The notes: a model not told the origin generated them from the sequence alone. 34,199 nt of DNA from Octopus bimaculoides (GCF_001194135.2 NC_068990.1:59541202-59575400); one strand, 5' to 3'. Counted from the stretch's first letter, positions 1 to 10,599 are shown. Made by a program: numbers and translations.

Positions 1-472
1 TAATACATAACTAATTTTTGTACTATTCTATTTATTGTGCTAACTAATTATGTACTACTATTATTTTTTATAACCTATTTTCAAATTTCTAATTATTAAT
101 TAATAATTAAAAAAATAAATTTTTTTAATGTGCAAAAAATATTTTAATTGTGTTATTTTTTATTTTTAATAGAAGTAACAAGTAATAACAAATAGAAGTA
201 ATAACTTGTAATAAAATGTTTAGTTTTAATAAAAGCTAATATTTTCCAAGTTTAAATATTTTATTTGAAATTTTTATCCTTAGCTGCAATAGTTGAAGTA
301 AAGATTTTCTTGTTCTGTACTTTACCAGATGTAATAACTTATCCTGAACTTTTCCAGGTTTATAACCTTAAGAATATTATTTCTCTTGCTCACATTTTTC
401 CATGTTTTGTATAATTATATAAATTAAAAAGGGTGGCTTATTAGCAATTAGAAACTAAAGGCAAAATTAATT

Positions 473-812
473 GAGGTTACAAAAGTGATAGAGGGTACTG
501 ACTAACACCCCTTTTGCTAATGATAAGAGTTAAACCAACTCAAAGCCACAAATGCACTGATGAGGATTAAGATGGTCTACATCAAAATCCAAAATCATGA
601 TCCAGTAATGTATGCTGGAGACTTACCAACCTTTGTCAGACATTTAAGACAGTGCATTTGTGGCTTTGAGTTTGTTTAACTCCTATCTTTAGCAAAATCA
701 GTGCTAGCAAGTACCCCTCTGTCACTTTTATGACTTCTATAAAAATATATATATATATAAGTCACAAAAGTGACAGAGAGTATGACTAATGCTGCCTTTG
801 CTAAAGATAAGA
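473..812. mobile_element. Fold-back element: ~87-bp inverted arms (473-559 / 650-737) plus a third arm copy (759-812), with a hammerhead-like core in the spacer
   Basis: CAAAGCCACAAATGCACTG (541-559) is the exact reverse complement of CAGTGCATTTGTGGCTTTG (650-668). Pairing continues imperfectly out to AAAAGTGA/TCACTTTT. 759-812 repeats the left-arm start. Confidence 0.75.
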
Positions 813-890
813 TATATGTATATGTATGTATGTATGTATGTATGTATGCATATATGTACTTATGTATGTAGGTATGTATGTATGTATATA

Positions 891-922
<32 letters not shown>
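813..922. repeat. Compound (TATG)n/(TG)n/(TA)n microsatellite
   Basis: Direct reading. Confidence 0.95.
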
Positions 923-924
<2 letters not shown>

Positions 925-1075
925 AGGTTTAGATTTAGATTCAAGATTGATTTATATATATATATATATAGTTCACATGCTAGTGACTCTGCCAGTTCAA
1001 CAAATAATGAATTCAATCTCAAAGAATACAGTAATATTTTTCATTTCACAGTAGCCTCAAAGTAATTAATGTTTT

Positions 1076-1182
<107 letters not shown>

Positions 1183-1837
1183 TGCACACAAAGTGAGATT
1201 TCTTCACTTTGTAAATGAGAGTTTCCCTTGTGTGATATTTTAAGCAGGAAATGCTTTCACCTTCCTAAACGAACAGAACAAGCAAATATTAATCCTTTTA
1301 CTGCAAAAATCAAAAATATCCACTCAAAATTTCATTTCCCTTAACTGCTGAAAGCAATTTTATTTACCGGTCTGTCTTTTGTTCAAGAATGTCATATTTG
1401 AAACTATTTGCTTTTGTTGAGATATGACAAGTTTGTTAAGGCAACATGACTTGCAGAAAATACCAATTTTATTTTATGGTAGACATTTAACATCGTTACT
1501 GGAATAGCCACGAAATTTAATCCCATGATTAAAGAGTTAACAATGTCTCATGTACTGTTGCATCATCATTTACATGACTAAATAATTCTAAGAAAGGTAA
1601 GAGTGACTAAAATTGTTTCCTTGCCCTTTAAAAGAAACAAGAAAATTGGCTAACATCACACATACCTTAAAGCCACAATCATTCCCATTCAGCTTAACTA
1701 AGCATTTCACAAAATGCTGCGTTATAGATAGCTCATACCAATTTTTATGTCATATCAAATGTGTAATAATTCCTTTATTTCAAAAGGTGACATTTAAAAA
1801 ATTAAAAAGCAAGCTGTCTCTATAGCCCTGTATAATT

Positions 1838-1978
1838 GTGAAGGTGCATGGCTTAGTAGTTACAGTATTTGGCTCATGATCATATGTTTGTGCATGTGAT
1901 AACCAGCAGTGCATTGTGTCCTTGAGCAAGACACTTTATTTCGTGTTGCTCCAGTCCATTCAGCTGGCAAAAATGAGT
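1838..1978 (+). mobile_element. tRNA-derived SINE, family A, 5' part
   Basis: A-box-like TGGCTTAGTAGT and the family motif CTTGAGCAAGACACTTTATTTC, shared with 10892, 12862 and 26204. Confidence 0.7.
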
Positions 1979-1982
1979 TTTA

Positions 1983-2395
1983 CATCATCATCATCATGTC
2001 TGTTTTCCATGCTGACATGGTTAGACAGTTTGACTTGTGTTTGTAAGCTGGAGAGCTGTACCAGGCTCCTGTCATCTGTTCTGGCTTGGTTTCTATGGCT
2101 GGATATCCTTCCTAATGCCAACCATTTTACAGAGTGTACTGGGTGTCTGTTACATGTCATCAGCATAGATGCCCTTTTACGTGTCACTGGCATGAGTACC
2201 TTTTACATATCACTGACACAAGTGCCTTTTACATGTCACCAGCACAGATGCCTCTTACATGCTACCAGCACAGGTATTTTTTATGCTTCACTGGTACAAG
2301 TAGCTTTTATGTCACTGGCACAGGTGTTTTTCATATATCACCAGCACTGCCCATGACTATGATTTAACTTAGCTTGACATATCTTCTCAAACACA
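1983..2395 (-). mobile_element. SINE family C (tail CCAACCCATGCCAGCATGG...(GAT)n) with internal ~26-bp tandem expansion
   Basis: Reverse complement of the tail seen on + at 12670-12730 and 14390-14438; (CAT)n at the left end. Confidence 0.7.
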
Positions 2396-2407
2396 GTAAA
2401 TCACCAG

Positions 2408-2628
2408 TGTGTTTGTCTTTGTGTCTGTGTTTGGCTCCCACCACTGCTTGACAAGTGATGTTGGTGTATTTACATCCTCATAACTTAGCAGTTCAGCAAA
2501 AGAGACTGATAAAATGAGTATCAGGCTTAAAACAAACTAAGTGCTAGAATCGATTCATTCCACTAAAAGTTCTTCAAGATGGTGCCCCAGCATGGGCCAC
2601 ATAACTGAAACAAGTAAAAGATGAAAGA
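2408..2628 (+). mobile_element. SINE family B, 3' half
   Basis: CATAACTTAGCAGTTCAGCAAAAGAGACTGATA...GGTGCCCCAGCATGG...ACTGAAACAAGTAAAAGA; about ten copies in the window. Confidence 0.75.
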
Positions 2629-3351
2629 TAGAACATATGTGCAACTCTTATGGAACCCACTAGTTTCTCATGCAGCCATTCTTCCCTCTTCAAGGCACCA
2701 TTATTGTTCAAAGGAAAGGGCAAGTTCTTGATATTAGTTTGGTATTTGTGTCATTGCAAGCTAACTCAAAAACAGAAAATTTCCAGACTGCTGAATCAAC
2801 CTCCTGTGCTACTAAAATATCTCTCCCTCTCCATTGAACCACTTCCTGTTCCTTTTGCCCCTATTTCAATACATCTTTCACTTACCCTATGTCTCTAGAT
2901 CTATCACTTCTTTCGCACTTTTGCTAATTACCTGCTTGTATGTCATCTATTCTCTTATCTATCCTCCATCTACTTATCATTATTATTATTATTCTGCTTC
3001 TTTCCCCATTTTCTGCATTGCCAGTCATCACCTACTCTCTCCTACCTTCCTCCAACTCTTATTTATCATGCACCACCTTTCAGTCTTTATTCAACAATCC
3101 TTATATTCATCCCACTCCACTCTTATCTATCTCTATCCATATACACACTTGCAAACTCTACCCACCCAGCCTACCCATTCTGCCGTCTTTATTCCTGTTC
3201 ACTTTCTTATATCTTGAAGGCCAACCCTGAAACCTCATCACCACCATCTTTATCCCTCTTTCCACCCCCACCTCAATTATTCCCACTCAAGTAGCCATAT
3301 ATCTCCCCTCTACAGCAAAAAACTTGTTCGAGCCCCTTCTTTCATGCTAAA

Positions 3352-3521
3352 CCCTTTAGCATTCACATTATTCTAATTGTTTTGAATTAATCATGCATTA
3401 TCTCTTAGCTTTGCAGTTTTGATGAGGTAACTGTTAATTTTTAGAACGATATTGTAGGGTTGGTGTGATAAAACATGGAGAAGTTTGGGCCAGATATGAC
3501 CAGTTTAAAAATGCTAAATGG
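3352..3521. mobile_element. piggyBac-like MITE
   Basis: TIRs CCCTTTAGCATT / AATGCTAAATGG (11/12); flanks TAAA and TTAA; internal ATGCATGATTAATTCAAAACAAT shared (inverted) with 30793-31013. Confidence 0.65.
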
Positions 3522-3556
3522 TTAAGCCTCTCATCACTTAGCATAAAGCTGCTCAC

Positions 3557-4651
3557 TCAGTCAAAAGAAAATCTTACTCTTTTGAGCTTCATGGCAGTCT
3601 CACTGGTCCTAATACCATTAAAAACAGCACCCAGTGCACTCTGTAAAGTGGTTGGCATTAAAAAGGGTATCAAGCTGTAGAAACAACACTTACTTGTTGA
3701 AGGCTCCAGTTCCTGTATTTGATCGCCCATTGCTTCATTTCTTCTTTTTCCCTTTTTCTCTGCTTTTCTTTTCTTTTTCGGAGGGGATTCACTATTTTCT
3801 CTCCTCTCAACCTCCATGAACTCTGTTTCTTTCTCTGTTATTACATTTACTTCTTTCTGGCACTCCACCTCCTGTTCATGTCTCTAAGGATACTTCGCCT
3901 TTATGTGCCTCCTTACTCCACATTCGAAACATATTGGCGGTCTACTCTCCACCATGATTCTCAATCTGGTTTCGTCGGGTAGGATTATCTCTTCCACAAT
4001 TTTGTGGAGGTCAGGTAAGCTGATATGTACCATCACTTCCAGGCGATACCCCCACCAGTTGACCTCTGCTGTCTTTGACATTTTCAGTATTTCACTTTTC
4101 TCCTCTGTATTGTAGAGGATGGCTGCCACAAGCCAGTCCCCCTTAATTTTGGGTGGCACTCTGCCTATCCTTACTCTGGCTTCACGCCTGCCACAGTAAG
4201 TAGGTAAGAGTGCCCACTGTGCCAATTTCAAGGTTACAGTGGAGTACTTCTTTGCTTCGTTCTCATTAACAAAGTGCACCTCCACCGTGCCAAACTTTTG
4301 TCCTCTGTTATAGAATGTCGTTACTTGCTTTACTTCCTTTAAACATTCCTCTATCTCTTCAACGCCTGCTATTTCTACTTTTCTTGTCACTATATTCAAC
4401 ATTTGATAAGTAATTATTTTTCTTTCCGACTTCTCTGCTACTTCTTTGGCGGGTGTCAGTCTTAGGCATCCTCTTTCCTTCTTCAACAGGTAATCAAATT
4501 TCTTGTAGTCTATGTCTTTCACTTCCAGTTCCTGTATCTGCAGCCGCTCCGCTGTCAGGCTTTTGTCTGTTACCACAGCATAACTGCCTGTCTGGACCTG
4601 TGAATTCATATTTCCATTATTCACCATTTCACCCATAAATGGGGAAACCAA
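3557..4651 (-). pseudogene. Retroelement gag/ORF1-like protein (~360 aa) interrupted by one in-frame TAG at 3884-3886
   Basis: SYAVV motif, RRM-like segments (FGTVEVHFVNENEAKKY; RVRIGRVPP), RPPICFECGVRRHIKAKYP = C-X2-C-X4-H-X4-(C>Y) knuckle. ORF 3557-3868 continues in the same frame (P*RHEQEVECQ) with a K/R-rich NLS-like run (PPKKKRK). Confidence 0.75.
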
Positions 4652-4697
4652 ACAAAATCTTCAACAACTTCACAATGCTACACAACACTAAACAATT

Positions 4698-4755
4698 CAA
4701 CAATTCAACAGTACATCAACTCAACAATTCAACAGTACATCAACTCAACAATTCA
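4698..4755. repeat. 24-bp tandem repeat CAACAATTCAACAGTACATCAACT x2.4 in the ORF1 leader
   Basis: Two exact copies at 4698-4721 and 4722-4745 plus a partial copy. Confidence 0.9.
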
Positions 4756-4794
4756 GAAATTCAAATAAAAAGTTGCAACTCACATCAACGGAAC

Positions 4795-5370
4795 AATCAC
4801 CAGCTAATGATGAAAACTCACCCCACTCGTTAAATACTATATGCTTTTTCCAGGGACGAACTGTCACTGATCTCGAAAAAGGAGAAATAAGCTATATTAA
4901 GTCTCCGAGTAAGATGTAAACAGTAGCATACAGAATCGTAGCATATAATTGCCAATCAAGTGTGGCGTCCTATACAGGACAGTGCTACCAGTGTTTATAG
5001 CCCAAGGAAGACATCTCTTCTAGCAGGCTAGTGACACACATTCGACGCTGGAAAAAGTATAGTATTTTGTGAGTGGGGTGAGTTTTCATCACTAGCTGGT
5101 GATTAACACACACTGAGGATGGGTAACCACCCAGAAACTCGAGTCTGTGTATATCACATAAGGCTAGGGATGGGAGCAATGACCTCCCCTCGCAAATACT
5201 AATCGGACACTGAATGTGTGTCATTAGCCAGCTGGATGAGATGTCTTCCTGGAGCTATAAACATCAGTAGCACTGTCCCATATAGGATGCCACACTTGGT
5301 TTGCAATTATATGTTACAATTCCATATTGCTACTGTTTACATCTCGCTCAGAGATCTAATATAGCCTATA
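4795..5370. mobile_element. Head-to-head copies of a ~350-nt hammerhead-bearing repeat unit (retrozyme / Penelope-like pseudo-LTR)
   Basis: 4890-5043 is the imperfect reverse complement of 5213-5370; 4795-4871 is the imperfect reverse complement of ~5030-5104; HHR at 5099-5157. Confidence 0.75.
5099..5157 (+). ncRNA. Type I hammerhead ribozyme with intact core; predicted cleavage after GUC at 5145/5146
   Basis: Stem I ACACA(5108-12)/TGTGT(5146-50) with distal GTGAT(5099-5103)/ATCAC(5153-57); CTGAGGA 5113-19; stem II TGGGT-AACC-ACCCA; GAAA 5134-37; palindromic stem III ACTCGAGT; C17 = 5145. Confidence 0.85.
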
Positions 5371-5391
5371 TATATATAGATATATGTCTAT

Positions 5392-5590
5392 TTGTTCGTG
5401 TTTGTATTTGGCCCCGCCATCACTGATTGGCAACTGGTGCTGATGTGTTTACTTCCTTGTAACTTAACAGTTCAGCAAATGTAACTGACAGAATAAGTAC
5501 TGGGGTCAATTTGTTCAGCTAAGATCCTTCAGGGTGGTGCTCCAGCATGGCCGCAGTTAAATGACTGAAGCAAATAAAAGAATAAAAGAA
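5392..5590 (+). mobile_element. SINE family B, 3' half
   Basis: GGTGGTGCTCCAGCATGGCCGCAGTTAAATGACTGAAGCAAATAAAAGAATAAAAGAA tail. Confidence 0.75.
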
Positions 5591-6162
5591 TATGTGTGTG
5601 TGTGTGTGTGTGTGTGTATACATGTGTGTGGGTGTGTGGGTGTGGGTGTGGGTGTGTGTGTATTTATTGGTCAAATGGTATTTATATATTAATGCAGAAA
5701 TGGATACATGATGATTAGTATAAAGGAAAATAAGGAGATTCCAAGCTAAATTATAAAAGGTCTATCCTCAGAAAATAGTGCAACATGTGTGCATATGGCA
5801 ATTATGTAGGCTAAGAAAACTGTCAAGCTTCCTAGTCTTGCAGCAAGACGGTGCCAAATGTTTCAAGTTAAGAATAGCATGAGTTACATTACATATTTTA
5901 TTTATTAGGTTGTATGTAGGTGTTACCCCCAAGGACAAGCAATTCAGCACTATATTTTTATCATTCCAAAAAGCAAGCATGAGTCACAACAGGAGTAGGA
6001 GAGCTAGATGTATGGCAGGGTTACTGGAAGAATGGTAAATAAGCTGTTTAGAAAACTATGAGAATCTCTACAAGATAGAATGAATACNNNNNNNNNNNNN
6101 NNNNNNNNNNNNNNNNNNNNNNNNNNNNNNNNNNNNNNNNNNNNNNNNNNNNNNNNNNNNNN

Positions 6163-6200
<38 letters not shown>

Positions 6201-7921
6201 TGTAAGTATGTATATGAGTGTGTGTGTGTTTATATATATATATGTGTATATATTTATTTATGCATTCAGCATTGGAAGGAGAACAAAGGACTATAGAAGT
6301 TGTAGTCTTACTGAGACAGAAATATCTCATTTGATGACACAAGGCACTTTTATATGCAGCAGTATGAAGGATGATAAAAAGAGCCAGGTTTTAAAGATGT
6401 TAGGAATTATGTCATGATTAATAAATATATATATTCAATGAGAAATTCATAGATTAGTTTGGCCTACACCAAAGTATATAAGATACAAATTTAATATTGT
6501 GAAAGCATTATGTTCAATTGGTGTCCCATATATTGAGTAGCATCTCAAGAAGATTATATAGCTCTGTAACTGCATTTTCTATACACTAAGTAAATTGAGA
6601 TAGCAACCAAGGAATCTTTACTAAACACAAATTGATGAATCATTTCAAGTAGGTAGGTTCTATTACTTTTACACAATCTATGTAAGAGAATTGATAATGA
6701 GCTTATTTGATGTTATTGTTAAAAGACTTCCATCTAAATTTGGTGCAAAAGGAATTCTTTCCTCACTCAACATCCTGGTTTTATTATCTGATAGTGTGAT
6801 ATTAGTAATGTTTAAGAGATACTACGGAAATGCTATGCAGTCTGATTTAACTATTTCACCATTGAATAACTGATTTATTCAACTATAATATTTTCCCTGG
6901 TATTTGATGCTCGCAGCAAACTTCTGCTATTGCAGTGAATGACCTGGTCTTCAAACTTACTTCTCTTAAAAAAAAAAATTAAAATAATAATGAACTTATT
7001 GTATACACTGCTCAGGTACACTACAACACATCTGGAAAGGTAGTCAAAAGTGCATGAACAGAAAATACAATAATGCACAGAAAGTAAACAAGGAAGGAGT
7101 CATTTAAAAAAAATGACGAGTGGGAAGGTATCAGGTGTACTGTTTGTGAATTTCAGGAAACATGAAAGTTTTTTTGAAGGATGTAATGTTCCAACAGCTA
7201 ATAAGTAATGTGGGTCATTTATTCTGTGCTTCAGCAATTCTGAGTGTAAAAAAGTTTCCAAAGTCATAGGTATTGTGTTGTTTCTTTGATTTTGTAAACA
7301 TGTCCACAAGTGTTAGACATATAGAATTCAAAAAGGTGTACAAGGCTGTTGTTGAAAAGATGGTGGATAATCTTGTGGCTGTCTTCCAAGTCAGTTGCTA
7401 GACATCAGAGGTTTAATGTGTTCATGCCCAGAAAAGCAAGACATTTGGAGTATGGTAGATGCCCGACAGTAGGTCTTCGTCTGGTTGCATGTTTCTGAAC
7501 AGTTTCCATGAGACTGATATACTGAGCAAGATAGGGATTCCATACACAGCTTTAAATAGACCCGATTTAGACCCTAACATTTGAACAAAAGAGAAGGCTT
7601 CTAAGTCTAAGGCTCCGAAATGGTACACTGCATCCGAGGTGCATTGCCAATTTTAAAAAATATGTTTAAAGGTTTTAGGACAGTGGGTCTCAATCATTTT
7701 AATATCCAAGCCCAAAACTAAAACCTAGATTTTTTTTAGGGAGCTGCACCCCGAAAAGGTAAAACACAAGTCAATTAAAGAAAAATTTATTATATTCATA
7801 GAAGGAAGACCATCAAGTGTCACTAGAAGGAGGCTTGAGGGTCATTGAGAACTGATATTTTAGAGGATCCATTCTAATGCTTGTGAATCCTTGAAAAACC
7901 TAATTTTGTTATATATTTTTA

Positions 7922-8095
7922 TTGTTTCAGTCATTGAACTGCAGCCATGCTGGGGTACTGCCTTGAAAGGTTTAGTCAAACAAATCAACCCCAGGACTTT
8001 TTTTTTTTTGGTACTCATTCTATTGGTCATTAAATTGCTGGGACATAAACAAACTGACACCAGTTGTCAAGCTGTGTGGTGAGACAAACACAAAG
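7922..8095 (-). mobile_element. SINE family B, 3' half
   Basis: TTGTTTCAGTCATT...GCAGCCATGCTGGGG is the reverse complement of the family B tail. Confidence 0.7.
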
Positions 8096-8099
8096 ACAC

Positions 8100-8127
8100 A
8101 CATACACAAACACAGGCACACACATGC

Positions 8128-8159
<32 letters not shown>

Positions 8160-8345
8160 CACACCACACCACACACACAAACGTGTGTGTGTATCTGCAT
8201 GTGTATATTTATATCTATCTATCTATCTATCTATCTATAGATAGATCTATATCTATGTATCTAAATACATATATATTATATAAATATATGTGTGTGTGTG
8301 TGTGCATGCACACACACACACACACACATGTATATATGTATGTAA
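8100..8345. repeat. Compound (CA)n/(TCTA)n/(TG)n microsatellite
   Basis: Direct reading. Confidence 0.9.
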
Positions 8346-8629
8346 AGGGCAGAAGAACTCTTAAGAGTCAATGGCCATCCAATTATTATATGTACATATG
8401 TATATAGTGGGCTGAATTGTGGATGTGTGCCAGGTGCGTGTTTGGTGTGGTGAACTGTGGGTGAGTGTTGGGTGTGTGTGTGTGTGTGTATCTATATTTA
8501 TATATATTCATTTACATTTTTAATTCTTGAATATATGTGTGTATGTTGCATGTTTTTCGTTTTTTTTAATATTTTATATATATATTTGTATTTTTACTTC
8601 TTGTATTTTATTTGACTTGTGTGTATTTG

Positions 8630-8810
8630 TGGATGTAGTTAAAGGGGGTAGATGGAGCTTCTAGGCTTAATAAAGCTGTGGGGAAAGCAATCTGTCTAGG
8701 AGAAGGTAACTCTGAATTCGAATCCTTCACTGCTGTCTTGCAGTTAGTCTTTGGTTGGGCAAAGACTGGGAGAAGGACACTCTGATATAAACCACTGAAA
8801 AGGTTAAACT
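8630..8810 (+). mobile_element. Interspersed-repeat fragment resembling the 5' region of RTE-clade LINEs
   Basis: GCAATCTGTCTAGGAGAAGGTAACTCTGAATTCGAA and a repeated ACTCTGATATAAACC motif resemble RTE leaders (recalled, not aligned). Confidence 0.35.
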
Positions 8811-9204
8811 CTGAGATAATAAAAGATGTGACCTCCATAATCACCCAGTCATCTTGCCTTGGTTTGTCACTGGATATCAGATTTGGGGGAGGGGTGGGTG
8901 CTATATGTGTCATACAAGCGTGTGGCATTGATATTTAAATGTACAGATATCTCCTCAAGTCCCACGGTGATGGAATAGTGGTTATACGTGCAGGCTTAAC
9001 GGGATGGGATCACATAGTCATGAATCTGCACGTGGGTGGCTCAGGGCTCATCTAACATCACTGCTGCCGATGACTGTTCATTACAGCAGGAGAAATACAA
9101 AGAGAAAATAGAGATTATGAGTAGGTGTATGGAATGTCAGGACACTTCTTGATCATAAAGGGTCAAGTAACCCTGTATGGAAAACTGGCATAATAGCCAA
9201 GGAG

Positions 9205-9390
9205 TTGGCTCGGTATAACATTGACATTGCTGCACTCTCTAAAACTCTATGAATAAACCCCAGTACTTTTTTTTTTAACTTAGTGCTTATTCTACCAGTC
9301 TTTTTTTGCTGAACTTCTAAGTTATGGGTTGTAAGCACATCAACACTGGTTTTCAAGCAGTGGTTGGGGACAAACACAGACACAAATACA
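9205..9390 (-). mobile_element. SINE family B, degenerate 3' half
   Basis: CTGAACTTCTAAGTTATGGG...AACACTGGTTTTCAAGCAGTGG...GACAAACACAGACACA. Confidence 0.55.
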
Positions 9391-9394
9391 AGAT

Positions 9395-9817
9395 AAGCAA
9401 TATTGTTTAGTTCATATTCTGCTTCTGTCTCAAACAGAGATTTTCTAACAGACTAGTTTCCTAGTTATAAAATCAGTGATTGTATGACACTGTATTTTGT
9501 ATATATTACAAGCGAGGTTAAACTGCTGCCATGCCTGGCAAATGAGTGCCCACCATGAAGGAAATCCAATACAGATTGAAACCATGTGGTCTGATGGTCT
9601 CGGAACTAGGATGATAGGAGTTATCTCCCACTTGCAATATATATCGAATTCAAGAAGTGCACTGGATAAACCAGCTGGAGGAGATGTCTTCCTGGTGTTA
9701 AATGGCAGTATTGTCATCTCAAAGGACAGCCACATTAAAGTGGCCATAAACAATACTTTTCAATTCATATACTGCTTCTATCTCGAATAAAAATTTTATA
9801 ATGGACTTGTTTCCTAG
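9395..9817 (+). mobile_element. About 1.2 tandem copies of a 353-nt unit with a degenerate hammerhead (9550-9597), homologous to 4795-5370
   Basis: 9395-9464 and 9748-9817 are direct repeats at a constant 353 offset. CCAGCTGGAGGAGATGTCTTCCTGG (9671-95) matches 5228-52 at 24/25. Hammerhead remnant AATC-CAATACA-GATT GAAA CCA-TG-TGGT C. Confidence 0.7.
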
Positions 9818-9893
9818 ATGAAATAACTATTTTTTGGATACCATCTAGCTCTCTCCTTCTATAGTTCTATAGACGATATAAGGTGATAAGATG

Positions 9894-10050
<157 letters not shown>

Positions 10051-10089
10051 CCCCCATGCTTATACACACACACACATGTTCACTCATGC

Positions 10090-10560
10090 ATACACCTGGG
10101 CATTCATTTCGAAGAGGCAATATGCTGCAACTCACTGACCACTTCTGTGGATGGAACAAGGCTCCAGCTAAGCCACAAATAACATGGTGACTGGATATCA
10201 TAGTGGATAGGGCTATAAAAGCTAATCAACAGGTGTGGAATGGGTGAAAGACAGAGAGTAACAAGGAGTGGTATCAGATAACTTGGTAAGAAGCAAGATT
10301 TCTGGTATATTTTGCCAGGTGAGAAATTATGTGTAGGAGGTTTGCTAAAGTTCTATGCAATATGCTTGGGTAGTATGATCTTATAGGTTGAAGCAGTGTG
10401 TTTGAATGTCATTGGTGGAGAAATATGTTAGAAACTATATAGGTATGCTTGCCATTAGTGATATTTATAAGAAAAAGGTGTAGTGATGTGACAAATGAGA
10501 AGTTGTTGAATGAAGAGGGAAAATAAGATGGTGGAAGATGGCTCCAAGAAGGACCAGCTA
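10090..10560 (-). pseudogene. Highly decayed CR1/L2-group LINE reverse-transcriptase relic
   Basis: Minus-strand frames give SFLEPSSTILFSLFIQQLL (cf. GS-LSP-LF-LFINDLL) and downstream LHIISHLAK; many stops and frameshifts; YADD not preserved. Confidence 0.3.
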
Positions 10561-10599
10561 ACTTAATTAGTTTCTGTATGGTTTGTAAGCATATTGGTT

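Noticed and set aside
1248-1418. 57-codon open + frame after an AAGCAG acceptor
   Set aside because: No good donor and no recognisable peptide; compatible with chance.
4890-5370. Simple MITE with 150-bp TIRs, or DIRS-type ITR/ICR structure
   Set aside because: The arm sequence occurs as a direct tandem unit at 9395-9817 and surrounds a hammerhead; no tyrosine recombinase or RT is visible.
5790-6417. Mostly open + frames (LQQDGAKCF; LYVGVTPKDK...; AFSIGRRTKDYRSCSLT) suggesting a DDE/hAT relic or two exons
   Set aside because: Motif resemblances are short and mutually inconsistent, splice sites are weak and a gap intervenes; needs BLASTX.
6690-6830. Minus-strand NITNITLSDNKTRMLSEERIPFAP resembling the Penelope N-terminal NLS...L.KGL.FAP motif
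   Set aside because: No convincing RT or GIY-YIG motifs follow; similarity is too weak by eye.
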